A stretch of 64,000 bases of DNA from Ascidiella aspersa (lineage: Eukaryota), in NCBI GenBank assembly GCA_963924565.1, contig OZ004615.1, forward strand, positions 15,562,001 through 15,626,000, read 5' to 3'. Positions 1 to 11,800 of this stretch are shown one piece after another. A program made the position numbers and the translations under genes. How positions within the stretch are numbered: the stretch's first letter is position 1; every line of letters begins with the position of its first letter. The notes beneath the pieces are model-generated. The model had not been told where the DNA came from. It saw nothing but the letters and a program-made list of their open reading frames with translations, and searched no databases.

Positions 1-3000
1 TTTCTTAAATATAAAAAGCCTTAATTCGAATGAATGAGGTGACTGTCAAACTTACAGTACCGGTATGCGCAGTTTTCTGGCAGTGCCACAAACGGTTACT
101 CGCCGCCTATTGAAGTTGACCGACACGCTCCTCCACTTTGTTTAACTGGTCAAGCACTTATTTAAATTACGGGAATCGTCTTGCTTCGCACTGCCCCTCG
201 TCTAATACACAAGTTTTAAGTCAGAATTGATCAGATTGTGGTAAATTCCCGCTAACCGAAACAGATATATTATTTCCGTGTACAATGATGAAATTATCCA
301 CCACCGTTGCTTGCGCGTCCACCTATTTCATGCGACCGCTCGCGCAAATAAACTGAAAGTTTCTTTAGGACACCATTTTGAAACTGGGTATATTAACTCT
401 TTTTGCAAGTAATTTGTTAAGCGCACTATAAATTGTGAAGGGCTTTTATCGAACTGATGTTCCTCAGCAAGGAATTTTGAGCAATAAACCTTCTCTTTGG
501 GTTCATTCATTTAACAATATCTGCTCCAAAGCGTTATAGTAAATCACGTAAGTATCTGATTATAATTTAAATTTAATCGAAAACACGCGTCAGGCGCTCT
601 ATCAACAAACTACTTTTCGCCCATACTAGCAGCAAATCGTTCATTCCTTACTTATCTCAGTAAGCATAGCTGTCTGATTCCTTTTCATTGGCAAACCATG
701 GTAACTTTATATCATTATCCTGACTTAATTAGCTGCCACATCCTTAGCATTGTTCACCTCGGCTAGTTGCAAGTCAAACGTTTTCATTTCTATTAAGAAT
801 CCACGTCCCGGCTGAGGCTCGTTTAATTCATTTTCCTCAAGCTGTTTGCTTGCAATTTTCGGTTCCTGGATTTGCTTGGCCTTAGCAGTTAAGTCACACT
901 TAATGTATTGCTATGCAATCACCAACTTCAAGGCTCATAATAACTACAGGCGTAAACTTTAGAATGACCTGCTTAGCAGCGATCATGCCACTTTTAGGGT
1001 AGTATGACGTATTACAAATGTTCGTCGTAAACAACAAGGGGGAAATAAAATTTCTTGTATATGACACCACAAGTTAACGTAGCATCGCTTCAAGTAAAAT
1101 GAAAGTAATGTTCTCGAAATAACTGATGGTGTGTTTATGCAACTGACGCCAAGTTCATTGCGAGGAGCGCAAACAAAAATTGCAAGTTCTCACGAAACGC
1201 AAAAAAGTATAGCATACATTGCATGTATATTTTTTCATTACTTTGAAAAGTGGATATAACTATTACTTACGATGCAATGGCCATATTGCAAAACAGTATA
1301 TAATATTGCATTAACTAGGTAATTTCGCAGAAAACGCATTTTGCAAAGAGTCTGAGTTCACACAGCGCTAAGGTGTGGACACATAGAAAATGTTAAAATA
1401 CAACACGTCGCCGTTAGGCTACAAATATATCTCCTTTTAATCATACCAGAGTCCAACAGCTTAACAAAACCATTGTGTTCTATAATCCGACAAAAGTTCA
1501 CAAATTTTGCAGCGCCCACCACTTAAGGTATCAACCACGTGGTACCAGTCTTTTACACACAGGTGGCTGCCAAACCTTTTTTGAATGTTTCTTAAATATA
1601 AAAAGCCTTAATTCGAATGAATGAGGTGACTGTCAAACTTACAGTACCGGTATGCGCAGTTTTCTGGCAGTGCCACAAACGGTTACTCGCCGCCTATTGA
1701 AGTTGACCGACACGCTCCTTCACTTTGTTTAACTGGTCAAGCACTTATTTAAATTACGGGAATCGTCTTGCTTCGCACTGCCCCTCGTCTAATACACAAG
1801 TTTTAAGTCAGAATTGATCAGATTGTGGTAAATTCCCGCTAACCGAAACAGATATATTATTTCCGTGTACAATGATGAACTTATCCACCACCGTTGCTTG
1901 CGCGTCCACCTATTTCATGCGACCGCTCGCGCAAATAAACTGAAAGTTTCTTTAGGACACCATTTTGAAACTGGGTATATTAACTCTTTTTGCAAGTAAT
2001 TTGTTAAGCGCACTATAAATTGTGAAGGGCTTTTATCGAACTGATGTTCCTCAGCAAGGAATTTCGAGCAATAAACCTTCTCTTTGGGGTCATTCATTTA
2101 ACAATATCTGCTCCAAAGCGTTATAGTAAATCACGTAAGTATCTGATTATAATTTAAATTTAATCGAAAACACGCGTCAGGCGCTCTATCACAACAAACT
2201 ACTTTTCGCCTAAACTAGCAGCAAATCGTTCATTCCTTACTTATCTCAGTAAGCATAGCTGTCTGATTCCTTTTCATTGGCAAACCATGGTAACTTTATA
2301 TCATTATCCTGACTTAATTAGCTGCCACATCCTTAGCATTGTTCACCTCGGCTAGTTGCAAGTCAAACGTTTTCATTTCTATTAAGAATCCACGTCCCGG
2401 CTGAGGCTCGTTTAATTCATTTTCCTCAAGCTGTTTGCTTGCAATTTTCGGTTCCTGGATTTGCTTGGCCTTAGCAGTTAAGTCACACTTGTCTTCCCAT
2501 TCCCCGTCGCACTTGAAATTGTGCAATCATCAACTTTAAGGCTCATAATAACTACAGGCGTAAACTTTAGAATTACCTGCTTAGCAGCGATCATGCCACT
2601 TTTAGGGTAGTATGACGTATTACAAATGTTCGTCGTAAACAACAAGGGGGAACTAAAATTTCGTGTAAATGACACCACAAGTTAACGTAGCATCGCTTCA
2701 AGTAAAATGAAAGTAATGTTCTCGAAATAACTGATGGTGTGTTTATGCAACTGACGCCAAGTTCATTGCGATGAGCGCAAACAAAAATTGCAAGTTCTCA
2801 CGAAACGCAAAAAAGTATAGCATACTTTGCATGTATATTTTTTCATTACTTTGAAAAGTGACTATATAACTATTACTTACGATGCAAAGGCCATATTGCA
2901 AAACAGTATATAATATTGCATTAACTAGGTAATTTCGCAGAAAACGCATTTTGTAAAGAGTCTGAGTTCACACAGCGCTAAGGTGTGGACACATAGAAAA

Positions 3001-3041
3001 TGTTAAAATACAACACGTCGCCGTTAGGCTACAAATATATC
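1..3041. repeat. Direct duplication, period 1587 bp (copy 1 <1..~1431, copy 2 1588..~3041)
   Basis: The sequence at 1 (tttcttaaatataaaaagcc...) recurs at 1588 and stays nearly identical until ...ctacaaatatatc (1431/3041). There is one small replacement indel at ~901/2491. The near-identical 60-aa ORFs at 328-510 and 1915-2097 reflect this. Confidence 0.95.
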
Positions 3042-5893
3042 CTTGAAATGTGTAAAACACATAATGTATCGATAAAAAAATGTTTTCGTCACGAACGTGA
3101 GACAAGCGAAGCCGTTAACCAAACGGATATGATTAAAGTTGAAATTGAACGTTGGCACAAGACGCCAGTTAGCAACGAATTAAAAGTTAACCTCATTTCA
3201 TCAGCTGTATAACGACAAAGCATATTCAACTATTTGCAGGATAGACACTAACTTATTTAAAAACAGAAGGTAATACTTAAGCAAACCAAACCAAACAACT
3301 TCGCCATTTTGGAGTCGTACGATAAATCTAAATTTAGGCTAAATAGTCTGCAATTGCGGTGCCGGTTTTCATGAGACTGGTGAAAGTATCTAGGAGAATA
3401 ACAATTACCACGCTATATACCGCAAGCTACTAACAGTTTTTAATATTTTAATTAAATGTCTTCTTTTCAACACAGTAGCCCTATACACCTAGACTAAATT
3501 TTACAACCTAATAGTCGAACTACCTAATTGACTTTTACAGGGATAATTTAAAAGTCAAGGCAGGTTGTTCTAATGTGTAGTCATCGTACACGACTAATGT
3601 ACCAGCATGGTATAACATTAAAATAATTGCATTTAACAGACAAAAGTAAGTTTGGTCAAATTATTTTTTAACAACATACTCCAGTAGGGTACAAAGGCTT
3701 TTGCAAATATTTTAATAAGAGCAGTAAATGTAAAATATATTAAAGCATGAACTTTAAATAAGTAATATTGACGCCAATTATAATAACTCTGCCTCTCGTA
3801 TGTTAAAATACAATCATAAACACACATCTTTAAAATCTATATAAATATTAACCTGTTTGTAATTTGTTTAAGAGACCCCCTTGCACGCAACCGAATTGTT
3901 GACCTTGTATCTGGTGTATTCGGCGCATTCGTAAATGTGGTGTTGCCAAACCCACGAAGCCTATTGTATTAAAAACAACATAGAAATATTTCAGATGAAA
4001 AATATATAATTCGTCATTTTATATATCAATCTCGCAAGGGGTATATAAAAACGATGATATGCCCATTCGCCGTTTATAAAACGGAATTCGAATTTTTCTT
4101 GTTTGTTAGTCGCACTTTGGAAAAAATCTTACTAGGAAAATAATTTTCGTGTTCGTTTAAATGAAAAAGAGGTGCCACTGGTTTAACCAGTAGGCTATAG
4201 CTAAAATAGATCGAAAGCATTTATTGAGGCAACTATAAGCGCTAGTCATCATTAAACAGCACTTACTAACGGGTATAATATTAATCTGAAAATGTTAGTA
4301 TGTTGGGACAATTTAGGCTGAATATAGTTTTTTAACATAATCCTAGTGTGAGGCAGCACAACTAGGGTAACTTACCTGGTTGGTTCCAAATTACCTTACA
4401 AATTTGCTAAATTTTATTGCTTTATCTTTTACTGTAATGGAACAATAACACTTTCGGTAAACTTTGCTCATTCGGTTTAGAAACAGACAATCACTTAATT
4501 AATTTGCCGAAAACGTAACAACAAAAATCGTAAACTTATAGTTATGCAAACTTGTAGCCGTATGTGACCAAGAAGCAGCAAGCAGAATAAATACCACTGC
4601 AAGCTATGTCATTGTTGGCCTGAATTTTAATTTAAAGCTACATTGTCATGAACTACTTACGGCACTTGCTTTTGTGCTCAAAAGGCTTTATCAAAGAGGG
4701 ATTAACATACTAAAATAGAAATAGTGTTCGAAAGTCTTTTGCGTTTACGCGGTTAAAGTTGCTAAAAAACATAGTTTGCCAACTGCACAAACAAGGCAAA
4801 CTTTCTAACAAACTGGTAAAATTTGTCGTGGACCAACAGATAAGGTCCGCTTCTAGTCTAGATAGAGTACCTTCCTTGTAACGTTGAGTTGTTTCGTTGG
4901 CACTTTTTAATTCAAAATGTTACAAATTTGAAAGGTCTTTTCTCTCGGCAGTTACAATTACCGATTAAACTTTACAATTGTAACAGGTTCTAAAAAGTCA
5001 ACTGCTAGATCTCGTTTGTTTAAGTTCTATAACTTCTCAACTTGGGCCATTTAGCATGATCAAATAATTGAGATACTTGTTCACTGCTGTTTTTGCATTG
5101 TCTTGCACAAACTGCGAACGTAAGGACACTAAGGCAAGACATTGCTACCCATATCTGTAAAGCTGTATTTGCACTTTAACCGACGGCCGTCATACAGTAA
5201 TTTACTGAGACACTTTAATGGACCATAAAAGAGTTCACTGTTCAGCCCTGACTCCGATAGTGGGACGATACAGTCCAGCGCGATAATCAAAAACGATTTT
5301 TGAACGGCAGTAAATCGCTCGCCATCAAGTTAATTGCTGGAGGCTCTCGACGGGTTATTGTCATTTTGGTTACCGTTCATATTGAGGTTGGAATAGATTC
5401 TTTGGAACTTGAAAAAGGTATTTCGAAAGAAAATCAATATTAAAAGTCTTCTATATGGTCATCTATATAAAAGGGATCTATATAGGTTTGAAATTTTCGT
5501 AGCAAGAATTTAATACCTGGAACAAATCATTGCATTTGTCTAGCCATATCAAGTTTCATATTTAAAGCATTCCATGTTGGCGAAATATTTATCAATAACT
5601 GCTTTAATGTCACAATTCACAAAGCATTGTAAAAGGTTGACAATAATCCCCCAACCAATACATGTATTGTACACAAAGTTCATGCAGCAAATCAACGAAT
5701 AACCGAATGAACTAATGATATAAAACGCAAACATAGGCTACATGCCTTAGATTTTGGAATTGTTTTTCAAAACTATACCTAGCATTATCCGGTGAAGAAC
5801 GACTTTTTAATAATATCGCACATTCATACAATTTATTTTTATTTTAACCTAAGCGAATTGCTTGTTGTTGTAATGTAAACACCAAATGAATAT

Positions 5894-8800
5894 TTAAAGT
5901 GCAGTTGATTTAGTAGTGGAGTTCATCGTTGCAATAGAATTTGTGACGTGAGAATGTCTTCTGAATGCTATCGAGGATAATCGTTTTCTAGACTTTAAAA
6001 CACAGGTTCTCAACTTCTTAAAAACCACCTGTGGCAAGCTGCTGTAAATCAACGGATTCAGGGAGCTGTTGATTGGCAAAAGAAGAATGGCAGAAATGGC
6101 GTAAGACATGGGCGATAAAATAGCACCACCCATGCTGAGAAACGTCATGATACAGATTGGAAGCCAGCAGCACAAATCAGTAGCGATTAGTAGCGTGACT
6201 TTACGCTGCATCGCTTTAGTTTGCTTGCTTTTCTTTGTGAGGGATTTAGCCTCTTGCACAATTTCACTTCGCCGCTGTGAGATCCAGTAAATTGCCCCGT
6301 ATGCGCACGCAATATACAACAATGCGACGAAGTTGAACGTGATAATAACTGACGACATGGCATTAACACTGTCACTGGCTTCGATGCGATATAGCCTTGG
6401 AATGCACACGCTACTGCTACTGTAATAACCATAGGAATTGACAGAAGTTGGTACTGACGAGCCAAATTTGCCAAGGTAGCTTGTCAAATCAAACCAGTTG
6501 GAATTCCACAAGTCGATTTTGGGTTGTGACTTGTTGGTGATGACGGAAAGCCGCCCGGCAAAAGTTTGTAACTCCGTCAACACTACAGTATCAGTAGGAA
6601 AATAGGGACTTGGGCGAATCTGAATTTTCGATACCATTGAACTGGACAGAGCTGGTATAAAAGGAAGGACTGACACAGCGAAGGAAACAAGCCACATGGT
6701 AACAATCCACATAACGGCAATTCTCAGCCGAAAATTTCGCGATGACATCGGGTTAAAGACGCTGAACAATCGGTAAGATGTAATGCATACTAGCGTAAGA
6801 ACGGAAGTCTCGGAAGAGAGAACTGTCAAAACACCAATAATATCACATAGATTACTTGATCTCCAAGCTTTGTCGCGAATGCAGTACTCACCGCTAAACT
6901 GAACCGCTTTAATGCCAATTATCAACAAGGCGACGCCCATGATAAAATCCGAAACGGCGAGGTTCAGGATTAGGACACGGTTTATCAAACCCAATCGCTG
7001 ACGGTTCTGCGCAGTTGTACGTTTGCGCAGATACACGCAGGTTTGAACGAAAACCGCCAGGTTTCCCAGCAAAGCGAGGACAGCCATAAACCAAACTAGG
7101 ATCTCCAGTGCGCGCAACTTTATCATTTGGGTGTTGGAAGCCAGGGCATCGTTTTGCAAATACTCGGGAGGACATTCGTCTGAACCATCCTGACAATCTA
7201 CGACTCCGTCTTGAACCTTGTCACGTGGCACGAACAGTGGCTTCTTATCCGTGCAGTAAAAGTGCGTGCTTTTGGAGCAGTTTAGCTCGTCCTTCCAGTC
7301 ATCGCAGTCCGGTTTAAGATTGCACAATTTCTCTTTAGGAATGGCGGTTTTAGTTTTCACTGCAAATGCAACACTGGGGTAAGTATATTGACATGTCAAT
7401 TAAACAATATAAACAAAATATGTTATTGATACTCAAAGGTTATTTTTATGTTTTGTTATTAACTTCTCTACATTTAAGCTTTTCGTAGATTTACAAATAT
7501 AGGTCACTTTTTTACTTATTGTTCTAGCCTATACCCTATTATAACTGCCTTTCCTAAATAAATATAGAAAATATAACTATTTTGCGTGAATTGTCACATT
7601 ACAGTTTACCTCCAAACACGGTCTGAACTGGGCCTGCTTGACATTGGAATAGGTTACTGCAGTTCGTCTCATCAAATCCTTCATTGCACTCCACCACCCC
7701 GTTGCATATGTTGGATCCAAATATAAAATCAAATCTACCGGAGCATTTTCTTGATCTCAGATGGTATGTAAGTCCAACATCGAAAAGAGTATGTAAGTCC
7801 AACATCGAAAGATATTCTGGTGGTATGGGGGTCTGAAAAATAAATTATCTACGACTTAAGTATACGTTATTTGGATTTAGCCATTATTCACACGGGTAGG
7901 GTCGTAATTACTAAGGTCTCAACGTGTTTGGCCGTTCACCTCGTAAAGTTTGTATAAAACTGTCTTTATTCTTGTGTATGACATAAGTAAACTAACAGAA
8001 TATCTTTGCTTACTCTGTGGCGCTTTATCATGGATTTTGACTTTGAACCTTCTGTCGGCGTCACTGGTCCTTACTTTTATAAGTGTTTCTTTATCGCGAA
8101 TTCTATTTTTTTAAAACGTAGTTTAGTCATGAGGTGACCACGCGGTTTTACTGCGAAAAGATGGCCGTGGCTGACAAGCCTGCTTGCATAAACACGTGCC
8201 CTGACAGTTCTATTTGCTAAGTTCAAGGTAATTAAGAGCTATTCATAACAAGATTTCCGGTGCAACTAATTGTTATCTCACTGTGTCTAGGTATAATACT
8301 ACGGTATAATTAATATTCAAATAAAGAAAATTTGCTCTAATTAAAATAAATTGAAAGTAGATATTAATTAATATTCCTTCTATCCAAAAAACATAACCCG
8401 TTATTTTGCCTGTTTTAACTGCGGAAACACAAAAGTAGTACGCGCTTTGTACGATTTAGACTAGAGTTATGTTTTTCGTATATTTTCTTACACGTTTATC
8501 GAATCGGTTTACACTTACATCTTACATGCATCAGCGTCTCATTGCAACCTCGGTCTTAAAGATAAAACTTTAACCAAATAAACGAAATGTTGTGTTTTCA
8601 GTGTTACTTCTGTATGGCGTTACGTTTAGATATAACTTTGTGACGTGACGCTTTGACGTAATTTTGTGACATTGTTTTCATCTCTGAACAAATGTCATGG
8701 CAAAAAACAGAAAATCTTGGATATTCATAGATCTAGCTATGTAAAGGTTGGGGACTAGGTTACAACTTTCGATGTATTTTATGCGAACGGATCGTTCCCG

Positions 8801-11800
8801 TCCTAAATCCAATCCGAAATAGGTAAATATAATGAAGCGAAGCAATTTCACCCATCCTAATAAACTTCGCTATATGATTTCGTTACGTTTTATTTCTCTT
8901 TTTTAAATATAACTTTAACTGTAGAGATTTTTTTTATTTTTTTTATATTGGAGGGCATCACAAGTTATTGTAAAAATTAGAAAAAAGTCAGCATTTTGGA
9001 AAACACAGATATAAGGCATACGTGGTTCAAAGAAAAATTATAGCGGTTTTAGAAAACCTTATGCAAAATGTAAAATGCTATACGTACAGTTGTTATTGGA
9101 ATCTGGTCGCAAACAGCAGGTTTCTCGGAACAATTTGCCCGGTCGCTGCACTCGTCTTCAAACAATGCACATTCCACTTTTCCATCACACCTTGTTTCGA
9201 CGAAAAACAGAATTAGTCAAGAAGTCTAGGAAAACCATGCAATGAAATGTCTTCTTATTTGTAGCAATCTCAGCATGCGTGAATCCGGTTTGGAGGACGT
9301 GGCCCAAAACTTTATTTTTTTTAAGTGCAAACATTTTCGCACTTTGCGCGAATGTGCAATGTGTTTATGAAATGTTTTATTTATTTTTGTTAAAATCGTT
9401 TTTGCTAACGGCGTGGTGCGTCTCATCGCTATAAACGTATTGCCTTTACGCAAATAAATAACACCTCTGTAATGTTTTTTGTGTTGGAGTAACACCTCTA
9501 TAGTGTTCAACCTAGAACTTACAAAATAAACCAACTGTGTGGTGTTCTTCACGTTACTGTTTTAGGATGTAACGTTTCAATAATTTTGTTACGTCACGTT
9601 ATGACGTAACGTTGTAACGTCATAGTTGTGTGTTTTAAAGAAAGACGAGCCAACGCAACCTGTAAATGATTTGCCTCAGCGTCTAAGCTTCCGGTTCTTA
9701 CAAAGCGTATCCATTTAGAACAGGGGTCGACAACCTTTTTCTAGTCACGGGCCAAAACCAAACCCAAAATGATCTAGTTTAACATATAGTATCCAAACGT
9801 AAACAAACCGGAGGAGCAAAGATCATTATCAAAATTTACGCAGTTAAAATAGTAAAAAAGTATTTGAAATGGACTCATGTCTATAGTTTGGCAAAGAGGT
9901 GGCGGGCCGGATGAATTCCATTGGCGGGCCGGTTGCCGACCCCTGATTTCGAACGTGTAAAACGATATCTTTTTCGTTGTTTTTTACAATATGAAGACAT
10001 TATATTACTGGGTCGTGTTTAGACACGAACTAAAATTAATTCGCTTATTTCAATGAGTTCGTTGTATAAAACAAAAACTGGGTTACAACTTAAGCGGTGT
10101 ATGTTTTTGTAACCGTTCTGCCGCGCGCCTACACGGCCAATTTGAAAGCTTTTCGACCATTCCATTTATTAACTTATATTGTAAAAAATGCGAAAATCTT
10201 AATAAGCATATTATAGAAATGTATGTTTAAACTTAATTAAACATTTTCGCTTGTATTTATTCTAACGCCATAAATAAAGTTTTAAAAGCATTACCCTAAC
10301 TTAAAACATAGCTCCGTTATCCTAATGGTCCAATGTCAGATGGTAACGAACTACGGTAATACAATGGAACCGAAATTTTATAGCAGAGGATATTCAAAGC
10401 GGTAGATTGCAAATTTTGTCTTTGGTTTGTTATCATTAAATTTGGGTTAGGATTTCTAGTAACCTAATATGGTGGAACATATTTTTTAGTATTACAGAAT
10501 AAACAGTTAGTTTTGCTTGTGTTGACAAAGTTCCTGTCAGAAACAAACAGTTGAACGCATTATCAAAAAAATAAAAATAAGTGGGTGCGTCACAGAGACC
10601 AGCAAAGTTTTCCAAAGAGATGCAAAAGAAAACAGAAGAATCACTGCTTTACAATAGTGTCTGTGTAACGTTAAGGTGTCTTACCGTTTAGCGTTGATTG
10701 GCAATATAGCGTCCACCAGCGAACTGTCTAGAATTGATTTGGCAATATCGGAAAAATTCTTGGGAATGACATCACACAGAAAGTCAGATGCCAGCGTAGT
10801 ATTGGTTGTGAGAATATCCCCTCCGCAGCTTCTCTCGTCAACCTTTGAAATCGAACAGTCGACAATTCCATCGCAAACCTGCTTTCTAGAGATACAGGCT
10901 CCAGTTTGCGGACACTCAATCTCTCCTTGCATGCATTTCGGGCAAACGGCTGGAGTCGGCGTTTCGCCGTAGCAAACTTGGTCACAAAGGTCGCGCGAGC
11001 GATTGGCGGAAAGCTGGTCACGTGAGCAGAGACACTCGTCGCTAAGGTCTGGGCAGTCGAACACGCCGTCGCAAACTTGACGCATGGCGATCGTCATGTT
11101 GGATTGCAAGCATTTCGCGCAGTTAAAACTTCCGTTGCTGGAAAAAAGCAGGAAAAAGTCATTCGGGGTAATATGGTGCATCAAATCAAATCTTCATGGA
11201 GTCTGTTAAAACAATTGCTTCTACAAACATTAGTAGGATTATAATTTAATTGCTATTACTTTTTAGGCTTATTGTTCACTATTAGGTCGTTTGATAGGTC
11301 CGATGTACTTCATATTACTTATCCAGTCTTCAACATATTATACCTTCGTAATGTTTAGGTCTAGGACAGTGATCGCGAACCACTGTCCCGCGGGTCACTT
11401 TGTGACCCACCACAGAACTGCACTTTAACAAATCGGTGCAGAAAAGCAGACAACTAAAAGGATTTTGTTTATCGCTGTTAAACGCATCGGGTGGTGATCC
11501 TTTAAGGGAAACTATAAGACTAAACGTTCTAAAAATCCTGGTTAAACCAATAAACCATGCTGAAAAGCTTTCTGCTGACCTCTTGTAATCCCATAAAAAA
11601 TGCTGCAGCATTTGTTAACTATTTAGCTTCTTAATAATTGTGGGATTTTAAATATGGAAGTGATGGAAAAACCTTGAATTACCAACCCAGACAATAATAC
11701 TCAAAACGACGCAGCAGAGTTTCGCATAAAATTAGAAATTAATTAAATGTATGGCCCACTTGTGCATTTTGTTCAAAGGATTAAAGTCGTGTTGTGACCC

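Noticed and set aside
5894-7359. Assigning the symbol RXFP1/RXFP2/GRL101
   Set aside because: The 7TM is related, but the domain architecture differs (no LRR) and the genes are recent local paralogs, so orthology is unsupported.
7360-7399. 501-aa ORFs as stand-alone intronless GPCRs starting MTCQYTYPS (also 24186, 43205; 440-aa ORF at 61844)
   Set aside because: These starts are non-ATG or intronic. A ttgcag acceptor at 7360 joins upstream exons in phase, and the real signal peptide is in exon 1.
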